Below are positions 1-10,103 of a DNA stretch of 64,000 nucleotides, in pieces. This stretch comes from an uncultured Eubacteriales bacterium (GTDB lineage Bacteria; Actinomycetota; Coriobacteriia; Anaerosomatales; PHET01). The notes under the pieces were generated by a model. The model had not been told where the DNA came from, made no database searches, and saw only the letters and a program-made list of their open reading frames with translations. A program made the translations under genes and the position numbers. Position 1 is the first letter of the stretch. The number at the start of each line of letters is the position of its first letter. The stretch lies in the NCBI GenBank assembly GCA_964607705.1, contig CAZSLI010000002.1, positions 2,791 through 66,790 of the forward strand, written 5' to 3'.

Positions 1-310
1 GATCCTTCGACAGCGTGGCGACCTTGGTCCGGTTGGGAGCAGCCGAGCCGCTCTCGATGCCGAGCGCCTGCTTGATCAGCACTGCAGCCGGCGGGGTCTT
101 GGTGATGAAGTCGAAGCTGCGGTCTTCGTAGACCGTGATCTCGACCGGGATGATCGTGCCCTGCTTGTCTGCCGTGGCGGCGTTGAACGCCTGGCAGAAC
201 TGCATGATGTTCACCTGGTGCTGGCCCAATGCGGGACCGACCGGCGGGGCCGGGTTGGCCTGGCCGCCGGGAATCTGCAACTTGATGAAGCCTGCCACTT
301 TCTTGGCCAT
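1..310 (-). CDS. rplK: 50S ribosomal protein L11, first ~103 codons (gene runs off the left edge)
   Basis: Reverse translation from the ATG at 308-310 reads [46 protein letters not shown]..., the L11 N-terminal signature. It is absent from the ORF track because no stop lies in the window. It follows nusG as in the conserved secE-nusG-rplK cluster. Confidence 0.9.
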   Translation of the reverse strand, partial: MAKKVAGFIKLQIPGGQANPAPPVGPALGQHQVNIMQFCQAFNAATADKQGTIIPVEITVYEDRSFDFITKTPPAAVLIKQALGIESGSAAPNRTKVATLSKD

Positions 311-446
311 GACTATCGTCCTTCTCAATGTAGCGGGCGAACGCGCCCGCATCGCTTCCTGTTATCAGTACGGCTTGCCGGAGAAGCGTCCGCATCGAGG
401 AGGGAGTAGCTCCATCGGGCGGCCAGCGTGCCGTTGGTACCCAGAC

Positions 447-977
447 TTAGACGCGCGTTACCTGACCGAACTCAAGCTCGACCGGGGTCTCTCTGCCGAA
501 GATCGTGACCATGACCTTGAGAGTCGAGCGGTCGAGGTTGACCTCGGCGATGGTGCCGTCGAACTCGGCGAAGGGACCGGACGTCACCTTGACGTTCATG
601 CCCTCAACGAAGTCGGTGGTGGTCTTCTGCTTCGCGCCGGCCTCGGTGCGCTTCATGATCCGGTTGAACTCATCACGAGACAGCGGGACCGGCTTTCCCT
701 GGCTGCCGACGAAGCCGGTTACACCGGGCGTGTTGCGCACGACGTACCACGACTCATCGTCGAGTTCCATCTGCACCAGGATGTAGCCCGGGAAGACCTT
801 CTTCTCGGAGGTGACCCGGCGGCCGCCCTCCTTGAGGTCCGTGACGGTCTCCGTGGGGATCTTCACGTCGTAGATCTTGTTCTGCATGCCCATGGACTCG
901 ATGCGGTGCAGCAGGTTAGTGCGGACCTTGTTCTCGTAGCCCGAGTAGGTGTGGATGACGTACCACTTCTTAGCCAT
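447..977 (-). CDS. nusG: transcription termination/antitermination factor NusG
   Basis: 176-aa ORF. N-terminal WYVIHTYSGYENKV (NGN domain) and C-terminal KOW region (VKVTSGPFAEFDGTIAEV). Located between secE and rplK. Confidence 0.97.
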   Translation of the reverse strand: MAKKWYVIHTYSGYENKVRTNLLHRIESMGMQNKIYDVKIPTETVTDLKEGGRRVTSEKKVFPGYILVQMELDDESWYVVRNTPGVTGFVGSQGKPVPLSRDEFNRIMKRTEAGAKQKTTTDFVEGMNVKVTSGPFAEFDGTIAEVNLDRSTLKVMVTIFGRETPVELEFGQVTRV

Positions 978-980
978 CGG

Positions 981-1268
981 TTAGCCGATCCCGTTGACGA
1001 GGCGCAGGACGTACACCACGACGGTGTCGATGGCGAAGATGAGTGCCGAGAAGAAGATCAGCGTCACGATGACCACGACGCTCGAGTTGATGATCTCGGG
1101 GCGGGTCGGCCACACGACGCGCTTCATCTCCCCCCGCACGTCCCTGAAGTACTGCATCAGGCGCGCGAAGAAGTTCGGCTTGTCGCTCTTGGTCGGCTTG
1201 GCCGCCTTGGGCGTCTTTGCCGCCTTGGTCTTGCCATCGGCGGTGATTGCCTTAGCCATTGTCGTCAT
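981..1268 (-). CDS. secE: preprotein translocase subunit SecE
   Basis: The inner ATG (1266-1268) of track ORF 981..1403 gives a 95-aa protein. It has a Lys/Ala-rich N-terminus, then FFARLMQYFRDVRGEMKRVVWPTRPE and one TM helix, typical of SecE. The upstream part of the track ORF overlaps tRNA-Trp. A start at 1259 is also possible. Confidence 0.85.
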   Translation of the reverse strand: MTTMAKAITADGKTKAAKTPKAAKPTKSDKPNFFARLMQYFRDVRGEMKRVVWPTRPEIINSSVVVIVTLIFFSALIFAIDTVVVYVLRLVNGIG

Positions 1269-1342
1269 CCGTCCGTTCCGGCAGCTCACGGTTGAGCCGC
1301 CCTCAACAAACGTCGCGGCGGTGAGCCGCGACGGGAGAGTAC

Positions 1343-1419
1343 TGGCAGGCCAGGAGGGACTCGAACCCCCAACATCCGGTTTTGGAGACCGGCGCTCTAC
1401 CAATTGGAGCTACTGGCCT
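1343..1419 (-). tRNA. tRNA-Trp (anticodon CCA), CCA end encoded
   Basis: Minus-strand cloverleaf folded by hand: AGGCCAG-TA-GCTC..GAGC-G-CCGGT-CTCCAAA-ACCGG-ATGTT-GGGGG-TTCGAGT-CCCTC-CTGGCCT-G-CCA. 77 nt. Classic position upstream of secE. Confidence 0.9.
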
Positions 1420-1444
1420 GCATCCCCCACGCGGGGTTCGGAGA

Positions 1445-1594
1445 CTAGCGGGTCTCCTTGTGAACCGTGTGGGTCTTGCACCACTTGCAGTACTTCTTGA
1501 ACTCGATGCGCTCAGGGTTGTTCTGCTTGTTCTTGTTGGTGGTGTAGTTACGGCGTTTGCACTCGGTGCACGCCAGCGTCACCAGCGTTCGCAT
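1445..1594 (-). CDS. rpmG: 50S ribosomal protein L33
   Basis: 49-codon ORF, below the track cutoff. It reads [49 protein letters not shown] with the L33 CxxC...CxxC zinc knuckle. An AAGGAGGA Shine-Dalgarno (ribosome-binding site, RBS) sequence lies just upstream. Confidence 0.9.
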   Translation of the reverse strand: MRTLVTLACTECKRRNYTTNKNKQNNPERIEFKKYCKWCKTHTVHKETR

Positions 1595-1646
1595 GGATCC
1601 TCCTTGGGGCCGCGCGGGACCGCTCGGGGCGCGGGCGCGGTAGGGT

Positions 1647-1676
1647 ACATTAGCACCCTGTTTTCAGCACTGTCAA
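1647..1676 (-). promoter_or_regulatory. candidate sigma-70 promoter for rpmG-secE-nusG
   Basis: The minus strand reads TTGACA (1671-1676), an 18-nt spacer ending in TGC, then TAATGT (1647-1652). This lies about 50 nt upstream of the rpmG start. Confidence 0.45.
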
Positions 1677-1709
1677 ACGAGCGTACCGCCCATATCTAGG
1701 CGGCGAAAC

Positions 1710-1733
1710 GGGGCTCGGCACACGCCGAGCCCC
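1710..1733 (-). terminator. GC-rich hairpin downstream of tuf
   Basis: GGGGCTCGGC-acac-GCCGAGCCCC, a perfect 10-bp stem 28 nt after the tuf stop. On the minus strand it is followed only by GTTTCG, a weak U tract. Confidence 0.5.
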
Positions 1734-1760
1734 GCGCAATTCGCTTCGTATCAGAGGTCC

Positions 1761-2948
<1,188 letters not shown>

Positions 2949-3088
2949 GAGTCTCCTCCTTCAAGGACCTCTTGCGACGGAGCCGGCCCCTTCAGGGCGC
3001 CGGCCGCGGTCCGTCTTCTCTCGTGCGTTCCATGTGCTTCGCGCGTGCATGCGTTATTCGAAACGCCGCTCGCGCGGCGTGTAGAACC

Positions 3089-3165
3089 TGGTAGCGGTGG
3101 CTGGACTCGAACCAGCGACGCCGCGGGTATGAACCGCGTGCTCTGACCAGCTGAGCTACACCGCC
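3089..3165 (-). tRNA. tRNA-Met, elongator type (anticodon CAT), CCA encoded
   Basis: Minus strand: GGCGGTG-TA-GCTC..GAGC-A-CGCGG-TTCATAC-CCGCG-..-GCTGG-TTCGAGT-CCAGC-CACCGCT-A-CCA. It lacks the three G-C pairs of initiator anticodon stems. A tRNA-Ile2 (lysidine) identity cannot be excluded by eye. Confidence 0.85.
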
Positions 3166-3197
3166 ATTGGTGTTCGTCCCGCCGCAGTGCGGTTCGG

Positions 3198-3273
<76 letters not shown>

Positions 3274-3309
3274 GTGACCTGGCCGAACGTGCTGCTGAAC
3301 GAGGTCTCG

Positions 3310-3394
3310 TGGTGGGGGCGCATGGATTCGAACCATGGTAGGCGTAGCCAACGGGTTTACAGCCCGTCCCCTTTAGCCACTCGGGCACACCCCC
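3310..3394 (-). tRNA. tRNA-Tyr (anticodon GTA), long variable arm, CCA encoded
   Basis: Minus strand: GGGGGTG..GACGGGCTGTAAACCCGTT.. with a long extra arm, TTCGAATCC T-loop and CGCCCCC-A-CCA end. 85 nt. The Tyr-Thr-Met-tuf order resembles known tRNA-tuf operons. Confidence 0.9.
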
Positions 3395-3466
3395 GCACGA
3401 AAAAAAAGGACCTCTGTACGCTTTTCAAGTTGCGCGCCGAGAAATGCCTCGGCTAAGGCGAAAGGG

Positions 3467-3496
3467 ATAGTACTCCAACGCTTCTTCAAGTGTCAA
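3467..3496 (-). promoter_or_regulatory. candidate sigma-70 promoter for the tRNA-Tyr/Thr/Met-tuf transcription unit
   Basis: The minus strand reads TTGACA (3491-3496), an 18-nt spacer, then TACTAT (3467-3472). This lies about 70 nt upstream of tRNA-Tyr. Its architecture matches the rpmG promoter candidate. Confidence 0.5.
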
Positions 3497-3567
3497 CGAC
3501 TACCACGGTGCCGGGCGTACCCACGATTCCGAGCCGCGACCGTCGAACTTCCGCATCGCCCCGAGTA

Positions 3568-4185
3568 TCAGGGAACGAGCGAGCGAAAGATAGGTCCCAC
3601 GTTGCGTGTACCCGCGATGGTCCGTTCGATGTCGGCTCGAGGCACAAGCCGGTACCACGCCGATGCACCACCCACGAGAACAGGGCGAGGCGTGTACCGT
3701 TCGAAGTTCGCCTCGAACCAGGCACGCGTAGGCGCCATCGGCAGGATCATGAGGTCGTCGCGGTCCACCAGCAACTCAGAGAAGAGGACCTCGTCCGGCT
3801 CGTTGACGAGTGCCTCGATCTCCTCGTCGGACTGAGCGATGGCAACGTAGTAGTAGTAGAGGTCGTCCGCGTCGGACTGGAACATCCAACCGGGCTCCCT
3901 CGTGGCGGCGTTCGCGACGGCCTCGAAGGCGTAGCTGCCTTCATCGTTGCGGTAGAAGGCGAGTGACCGGTCGGCCACCTTGGCGGCGTCGGACCCATAG
4001 TACGGATCCGGCTTCACCTTGATACGCCTGCGCGACGACTCCCAGGCATAGGTGATCTCAACGCCGCGGCCCATGCTCGCCCGCCCTTCCGAGCGCGCCA
4101 CGTCCTGACGTCCACCCTGCGTGAGCCAGCGGGCGATGATCCTCTCGGCGACGTTCTGATAGGCCTGCGGTCCGCGTATCGACAT
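3568..4185 (-). CDS. hypothetical protein (205 aa)
   Basis: Track ORF with a protein-like composition (mixed charged and aromatic residues, YYYY run, GC-rich third positions). I recognise no family. Confidence 0.6.
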   Translation of the reverse strand: MSIRGPQAYQNVAERIIARWLTQGGRQDVARSEGRASMGRGVEITYAWESSRRRIKVKPDPYYGSDAAKVADRSLAFYRNDEGSYAFEAVANAATREPGWMFQSDADDLYYYYVAIAQSDEEIEALVNEPDEVLFSELLVDRDDLMILPMAPTRAWFEANFERYTPRPVLVGGASAWYRLVPRADIERTIAGTRNVGPIFRSLVP

Positions 4186-4188
4186 CCC

Positions 4189-4602
4189 CTACCGCCCGAG
4201 CCGTTCGTCGGCCACGCGGAGACGGCGGCTCAGCACCTCGAGCAGCTTGATGGCGATGGACGGATGCTTCTCGAGCAACGCTTTGAAGTCCCAGCTCGAG
4301 AGCATGAGGCACTGGGTCAACTCAAGCGCCCGAATGGTCGCCGACCGTGGCGCTTGGTCGAGCAGGGACATCTCGCCGAAGAAGTCGCCCGGGCCAAAGG
4401 CGCCCAAGGACGTGCCGTCACGGAGGATCTCCACGCGACCGGCGAGCACGAGGTAGAAGGCCTGGCCGGGAGTGCCTTGGGTCACGATGATCTGGCCGGG
4501 CAGGAACTGGCTCTCCTGAGCGACCTGGGCGATCGCCGCAATCTCCTCGGCGGTGCAGTTCGCGAAGATAGGCACGCGGGACAGGAATGATTCGTGTGCC
4601 AC
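4189..4602 (-). CDS. stand-alone cyclic-nucleotide-binding domain protein
   Basis: 137 aa. Contains GDFFGEMSLLDQAPRSATIRA, the cNMP-binding phosphate-binding cassette. No DNA-binding domain follows it. Confidence 0.85.
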   Translation of the reverse strand: MAHESFLSRVPIFANCTAEEIAAIAQVAQESQFLPGQIIVTQGTPGQAFYLVLAGRVEILRDGTSLGAFGPGDFFGEMSLLDQAPRSATIRALELTQCLMLSSWDFKALLEKHPSIAIKLLEVLSRRLRVADERLGR

Positions 4603-4717
4603 GGCTCTCCCCCTTCATAGGCGTCCACTTTGGCAAGCCCATCAAGTGTAGCGCAGACGCAGACGTGCCGATGCTTCAAAATGAGCAGCATTCCGTATCT
4701 CTCGAGGAGGAGTCACC

Positions 4718-6268
4718 TTGGCAGCGGTCACCCGCCGCAAGAACCAGTCGATGCTCGAATGGCTACGCGCGGCATTCGTCGCGCTGGCCACCTACGCCGG
4801 CTTGCTGGGGCTCCATTTCGGGCCCAGCTGGGGTGCGGCAGCCCTGGCGCTGGGCGCCGGCGTGCTGACGCTGGCGGCCGTCGATCTCGGCGTGCTGGTG
4901 GCGCTGGTGGCGCTGGCACTGCCCATGACGGCGGTGGCTCCGGTCGCAGGCATCACGTTCCTGGTGCTGGGAGTCATCGGCATCCGCTACCTCGGCACCG
5001 ACGGCGGCCAGGTCTTCTTCGTGATCGCTGCCGCGCTGGCGGGAGCGTTCTTCGGGCCGGTGTGGGCCTGCGTGGCGCTGGCCGGCTACATCATGGGCGG
5101 AGGAGAAGGGGCGCTTGCCGCTGCCATCGCCTGCCTGAGCGTCGAGGCCCTCGGCATCGCGCTCGGCAAGCCGGCCATAGGGGTCACCTACACGGGGGGC
5201 GCAAAGGCGCTGTTGGACCTGGCGCAGATGCCCGCCAACCTCTTCTCGGCAGCGTGGGTCAAGGAGGCGTTCGGCGGGCTTGGGACAGACTCGGTGAACG
5301 GCACCATCGCGGTCTTCACCGCCGTGAACAACGTTCCCGTGTTGATCCTTCAGCCCGCACTCTGGGCTGCGGCGGCCGGCCTGACAGGCATGCTGGCTGA
5401 CGCCGCGCGACGGCGCCGTAACCGGCTCCTGGCACTCGCCGCTGTGGCCGGCGGCGCGCTGGTGCCCGCTCTCGGCGCAGCGCTGCTACTCCCGCCGCTC
5501 GGCGCTTCAGCGGCGTGGAGCAAGCTCGCCTTCGCTGCCGTGTCCTCGGCAGCTGCTGCGGTGGTCTTCGCTTGGGTGTGGGACCGGGTGTTCCCCCGCG
5601 AAGTGCCGGCAGCCGAGGTCGCGGCTCGTCCCGCCACCATGGCGGCCGAGGACGCCGACGTCGATGAGCTGCTGCGCCTGATCTCCACTGCCGAGGAGAA
5701 GTTGACCAACGAGCACACGACCAACAAGACGGTCATGATCACCGACATGAAGTCCTTCTCGCGCATGACCGAGGAGGACGGGAGCATGCTCACCGCCAAG
5801 GCGATCCAGAAGCACCGGGACCTGCTCATGCCCATCATCAGCCAGTACGGAGGCAGCGGGAAGTCCACCGGCGGCGACGGGCTCATCGCGGCGTTCGATG
5901 CGCCTGCTTCCGCGCTCAGGGCCGCGGCCGCCATGCAGGTGGCACTCGCCGAGCACAACCGAGCGCATCCCGATGAACGCGAGATGTTCGTGCGGATCGG
6001 CGTCGCGGACGGCGAGGTCGTGCTGGACAAGAGCGGCCGTCCGTTCATCGGCGCCGCCCTCAATCTGGCGGCTCGGGTGATGAACCTCGCCGATGGCGGC
6101 CAGTCATTCACGACGGCCGCCCTCGTGGACAAAGCAGGCTCCGCCGTGCGCGTCCACTCCCACGGGACGTTCGAACTCAAGAACATCGCGGCCCCGGTGG
6201 AGATCTTCGAGATCCTCGCTACGAATGAGCAGGAACCCAAGGATCCGCGCGAGCGCTTGGCGTCGTAG
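4718..6268 (+). CDS. polytopic membrane protein with C-terminal class III adenylate/guanylate cyclase domain
   Basis: 516 aa. About 330 aa of Ala/Gly/Leu-rich TM segments are followed by VMITDMKSFSRMTE...GGDGLIAAF...RIGVADGEVV...GAALNLAARV, a CYTH-less class III cyclase core. TTG start 5 nt after GAGGAGGAG. Confidence 0.85.
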   Translation: MAAVTRRKNQSMLEWLRAAFVALATYAGLLGLHFGPSWGAAALALGAGVLTLAAVDLGVLVALVALALPMTAVAPVAGITFLVLGVIGIRYLGTDGGQVFFVIAAALAGAFFGPVWACVALAGYIMGGGEGALAAAIACLSVEALGIALGKPAIGVTYTGGAKALLDLAQMPANLFSAAWVKEAFGGLGTDSVNGTIAVFTAVNNVPVLILQPALWAAAAGLTGMLADAARRRRNRLLALAAVAGGALVPALGAALLLPPLGASAAWSKLAFAAVSSAAAAVVFAWVWDRVFPREVPAAEVAARPATMAAEDADVDELLRLISTAEEKLTNEHTTNKTVMITDMKSFSRMTEEDGSMLTAKAIQKHRDLLMPIISQYGGSGKSTGGDGLIAAFDAPASALRAAAAMQVALAEHNRAHPDEREMFVRIGVADGEVVLDKSGRPFIGAALNLAARVMNLADGGQSFTTAALVDKAGSAVRVHSHGTFELKNIAAPVEIFEILATNEQEPKDPRERLAS

Positions 6269-6329
6269 AACACACGCCATGAGTCAACGAAACGAGGCCC
6301 CTCAAGAGAGGGACCTCGTTCTGTTTCCG

Positions 6330-6404
6330 TGGAGCTGGCGACAGGAGTCGAACCTGCAACCTACTGCTTACAAGGCAGTTGCTCTTCCATTGAGCTACGC
6401 CAGC
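6330..6404 (-). tRNA. tRNA-Thr (anticodon TGT), CCA encoded
   Basis: Minus strand: GCTGGCG-TA-GCTC..GAGC-A-ACTGC-CTTGTAA-GCAGT-AGGTT-GCAGG-TTCGACT-CCTGT-CGCCAGC-T-CCA. 75 nt. Confidence 0.9.
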
Positions 6405-6440
6405 GGCGGCGTACAGTGTAGTGCAGCCGCCGCCTGTGCT

Positions 6441-7091
6441 CTAGTGGGCACGACACCGCCGGATCTGCGTCTCCATCTTGCGCTTGATCCGCTGGAGCGC
6501 GTTGTCGACGGCCTTCGTGTGCCGGTCTAGCTGCTCGGCGATCTCCTGGTATGACTTACCCGCCGTGTAGAGACGGAGGACGTCAGCCTCGAAACCGGAC
6601 AGCGCGTCCACCACTCCGTTACGGATGAAGCTCGTCTCCCAAGCGCCGATCACTATCTCGGCGGGGTCACAGACTTCTTTGGCGGCCAGGATGTCCGACA
6701 ACACGCGCTCACCGTCTTCATCGCTCGACGTCGAGCGTGAAAGGGAGACGTAGCCGTTGAGTGGCGAGTGCTTGCGCCGCGTGGCCGACTTGACCGCCGT
6801 GATGATCTGGCGCGTGACACAGAGTTCGGCGAACGAGTGAAAGCTCGCCTGGCGAGTGGGATCGTAGTCCCGGATGGCCTTGAAGAGGCCGATCATCCCC
6901 TCTTGGATGATGTCATCGCGGTCAGCGCCGATGAGGAAGTACGTTCGCGCCTTGCACCGGATGAGGTTCCGGTAGCGCCTGACCAGTTCGCAACTCGCGG
7001 TCTGGTCGCCTTGCTGTGCAGCCCTCACGAGGGCCATGTCCCCGCCGCGCGTCCCAGGCACCCGATGCGCAACAGGCATCCGATCGTTCAC
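6441..7091 (-). CDS. sigH: RNA polymerase sigma factor, SigH (sigma-30) type
   Basis: 216 aa. YFLIGADRDDIIQEGMIGLFKAIRDYD, SFAELCVTRQIITAVKSATRRKH and SYQEIAEQLDRHTKAVDNALQRIKRK parallel Bacillus SigH as I recall it. The locus (after rlmB-yacP) matches Bacillus sigH. GTG start preceded by AAGGGGG. Confidence 0.85.
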   Translation of the reverse strand: MNDRMPVAHRVPGTRGGDMALVRAAQQGDQTASCELVRRYRNLIRCKARTYFLIGADRDDIIQEGMIGLFKAIRDYDPTRQASFHSFAELCVTRQIITAVKSATRRKHSPLNGYVSLSRSTSSDEDGERVLSDILAAKEVCDPAEIVIGAWETSFIRNGVVDALSGFEADVLRLYTAGKSYQEIAEQLDRHTKAVDNALQRIKRKMETQIRRCRAH

Positions 7092-7329
7092 TGGCGCACA
7101 CCCCCTTGTGTCGCACCACCCGAGTTTCGCCTGCCCTATTGGGAGACCGCCGCCGGCACGGCACTCGGGTATGCAGCGAACGTATCTCGACCGTAGACCC
7201 GCTTTCGAGTGCGGTCAAGGGTGGTCGGGATGACATTGAATCCCCCATTGGTATGACTCTTAGGCAGTCGGCATGAGATTCTTCGCCGTTCACCGAGTGT
7301 CAAAGCCCGAGAACGCGCGCGTCCACGGC

Positions 7330-7836
7330 CTAGTCGAGGCCTCGCGCCCACCTGCTGAGCCGGTCCCGGACCGTCGGATCCACCCGGTCCTCCAGCCGAG
7401 AGACCGCGCTGCCGGCGGGCGCGTGCTCACGCCACTCAGCGTCCCCCGCGCGAAGCTCCGCCGAGAACTCGGCCGAGGACCGCCGAGCGACCGTGCCGCC
7501 CATGACCGCCCACTGGGTCTGCGCGTCGCTCGTCACAACTTCGACGACATCGCCTTGCTCGCGATGAGTCCGCGCAAGCTGCTCGATGACCGTGTCAGCC
7601 TCGGTGCCGTACTTCGAGAAGACGATGCGGATACCGGCCGCGCGATGTGCCATGCCGTCCGAGTGCGGGTTTCGCCCACCATCGAACACGACAGTGGCGT
7701 TCCACTCACCTTGGGCATACGCGGCCACATCGGAGACGAGCGCAGCGCGCGCAGAGTCGAGGTCCTGCGCGGCGATCTGGCTGTATGGCGGGCTCGTGCG
7801 GATCACGTTGTAGCCGTCGACGATCAGAACCTTCAC
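7330..7836 (-). CDS. NYN-domain ribonuclease, YacP/Rae1 family
   Basis: VKVLIVDGYNVIR...ATVVFDGG... matches the YacP-like NYN domain. The GTG start at 7836 is preceded by GGAGGA and overlaps the rlmB stop as GTGA. The track ORF extends to 7869. Confidence 0.8.
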   Translation of the reverse strand: MKVLIVDGYNVIRTSPPYSQIAAQDLDSARAALVSDVAAYAQGEWNATVVFDGGRNPHSDGMAHRAAGIRIVFSKYGTEADTVIEQLARTHREQGDVVEVVTSDAQTQWAVMGGTVARRSSAEFSAELRAGDAEWREHAPAGSAVSRLEDRVDPTVRDRLSRWARGLD

Positions 7837-8573
7837 CTGGCGTCCTCCACCGATGAGCGGCGCAGCCACTCATAGGCAAGGGCCGTCGTCGCCTGCGCCA
7901 CGTTGAGCGAGCCGACCTTGCCAGCCTGGGGCAGACGCACCAGGAAGTCGCAGCGCTCCTGCGTCAACCGTGCGAGACCGGTCCCCTCGGCGCCCATGAC
8001 GAGGACCAGACGGCCCTCCAGCGGAGCCTGCCATACGGTCTGCGGGGCACGCTCGGAAGCGCCGGCGACCCAGAAGCCGGCCTTCTTGAGACGCTCCAGC
8101 GCTGTCGCTAGATTGGCCTCCTGGGCGACGGGCACATGCGCCAGGGCACCCGCGGCCGACTTCCACGCGGCAGGCGTGAGCGATGCGCTGCGTTTGGAAG
8201 GCACGAGCACACCCGTGGCCCCCACGACTTCGGCCGTCCGAATGACCGCGCCCATGTTACCGGGGTCGGTCACATGGTCGAGAGCAATGATCAGCGCGTT
8301 GGGCAGGCCCTCGGACTTGCAGATGAGGTCGTCGAGGGAGGCGTACTTGTACGGCCGCGCCTCGGCGATGACGCCCTGGTGCGCGCCGCGCTCGCTCATC
8401 TCGTCCAGACGCCGTCGCGCGATGCGCTGCACGGTGACGGACGCCTCCTGCGCCCGGCGCTCTATCTCCTCGATCGTGCGGTCCGGAGCAAGGCCCTCGG
8501 CGATGTGGATGCGCTTGAGCGGCATGTCCGCCCGAAGCGCCTCGATGACGGCGTGTCGCCCTTCGAGCTGCAC
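7833..8573 (-). CDS. rlmB: 23S rRNA (guanosine-2'-O)-methyltransferase, SpoU/TrmH family
   Basis: 246 aa. An N-terminal SpoU_sub_bind-like region is followed by LDHVTDPGNMGAVIRTAE...LVMGAEGTGL...IPQAGKVGSLNVAQA-type TrmH motifs. The start overlaps the cysS stop. Confidence 0.85.
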   Translation of the reverse strand: MQLEGRHAVIEALRADMPLKRIHIAEGLAPDRTIEEIERRAQEASVTVQRIARRRLDEMSERGAHQGVIAEARPYKYASLDDLICKSEGLPNALIIALDHVTDPGNMGAVIRTAEVVGATGVLVPSKRSASLTPAAWKSAAGALAHVPVAQEANLATALERLKKAGFWVAGASERAPQTVWQAPLEGRLVLVMGAEGTGLARLTQERCDFLVRLPQAGKVGSLNVAQATTALAYEWLRRSSVEDAR

Positions 8574-10057
8574 TAGGACACGTATGACACGCGTGCGCCC
8601 TGCGGCGTGTCCTCGATGGTGAATCCGAGCCGCCCAAGACCGTCGCGAACCGCGTCTGCCAGAGCCCAGTTCTTCTCGGTGCGCGCAGCTTCACGCGAAG
8701 CAAGCAGCGCGTGCACCGCCGCCTCCCTGTCGGAGCCAGCGTATCCGGCGAGGTCGAGCGCGAGCGCCAGTACTTCCTCGGGATACTCGGCCTGCGACTC
8801 CTCCGGAACATCGATCCCCAGAACGCCGAGAAGCTCGGCGACTGTCTGCTCGGCGAGGAGGATGGCTTCCTTGTCCTCGGCGCACAGGTCGACTTGGAAG
8901 TCGGCGAGGAACACGTTCGCCGCCTTGGCGAGCTCGAAGACGGCAGCGACTGCACCGGCCGTGTTGAAGTCGTCGTCCATCTCGGCTTCGAACTTCTTGC
9001 GGGCGGTGTCCACTTCGAAGCGCAGACCGCTGCACGCGTCGGCTGGCGCCCCCTTGCCGTGAGCCGCGAGCGTGTGAGCCCAGCGCAGGTTGCGCAGGAG
9101 GTTCGCAAGCCGGTCGTAGGCGTGGATCGTCTCATCGAGACGCGAATCGGAGAAGTCCAGCGGGCTGCGGTAGTGCGTCTGCAGCATGAGCAGCCGGATG
9201 ACCGGAGTCTCATAGCGCGCAAGCACGTCCTCGAGCAGCAGGAAGTTGCCAAGGGACTTGCTCATCTTCTCGGCGTTGATCTGCAGCATGCCGCCGTGCA
9301 GCCAGTACTTGACGAAGGGGACGCCGGTCGCCGCCTCAGACTGCGCGAGTTCGTTCTCGTGATGCGGGAAGACGAGGTCGGAACCGCCGCCGTGGATGTC
9401 GAACGGCAGGCCCAGCTCCTTCTCGGACATGGCCGAACACTCGATGTGCCAGCCAGGCCGGCCCTCGCCCCACGGGCTCGGCCAATGCGGCTCGCCTGGT
9501 TTGGCCGACTTCCACAGCGCGAAATCGAGCGGGTCCTTCTTGCGCTCGTCCACCTCGACACGCGCGCCGGAGCGCATCTCGTCGATGTCGCGTCCCGAGA
9601 GCTTGCCGTAGTCGGGGAAGCTGCGGACGGAGAAGTAGACGTCTCCGTCGACCTCGTAGGCATTGCCGCCACTGATCAGTCGCTCGATGAGGTCGATCAT
9701 CTCAGGGATCATCTCAGTCGCCATCGGGCGTACGTCGGGATCCTCGACGCCGAGCCGACGCATGCCTGATATGAACGCCTCGGTGTACTCCTTGGCGACC
9801 TCGGCGGCCGGGCGGCCCTCCTCGTTCGCGCGGTTGATGATCTTGTCGTCAACGTCGGTCACGTTCTGCACGAAGGTGACGTCGAAGCCCTTCCAGACGA
9901 GGTACCGACGGATGACGTCGAACGACAGGAACGTGCGCGCATTGCCGATGTGGATGTAGTTGTAGACCGTCGGGCCGCAAACGTAGAGGGAGACCTTTCC
10001 CTCCTCGCGCGGCACGAATTCCTCTTTGCTTCTTGTGAGCGTGTTATAGACGCGCAT
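8573..10057 (-). CDS. cysS: cysteine--tRNA ligase
   Basis: 494 aa. Class I motifs HIGNARTF (HIGH) and KMSKSLGN (KMSKS), and the CGPTVYN start region. Confidence 0.97.
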   Translation of the reverse strand: MRVYNTLTRSKEEFVPREEGKVSLYVCGPTVYNYIHIGNARTFLSFDVIRRYLVWKGFDVTFVQNVTDVDDKIINRANEEGRPAAEVAKEYTEAFISGMRRLGVEDPDVRPMATEMIPEMIDLIERLISGGNAYEVDGDVYFSVRSFPDYGKLSGRDIDEMRSGARVEVDERKKDPLDFALWKSAKPGEPHWPSPWGEGRPGWHIECSAMSEKELGLPFDIHGGGSDLVFPHHENELAQSEAATGVPFVKYWLHGGMLQINAEKMSKSLGNFLLLEDVLARYETPVIRLLMLQTHYRSPLDFSDSRLDETIHAYDRLANLLRNLRWAHTLAAHGKGAPADACSGLRFEVDTARKKFEAEMDDDFNTAGAVAAVFELAKAANVFLADFQVDLCAEDKEAILLAEQTVAELLGVLGIDVPEESQAEYPEEVLALALDLAGYAGSDREAAVHALLASREAARTEKNWALADAVRDGLGRLGFTIEDTPQGARVSYVS

Positions 10058-10103
10058 GCGTCCCTCTCCCTCGGCTTCCGTGCGGCGTCACCGTTTGGCA
10101 ACG

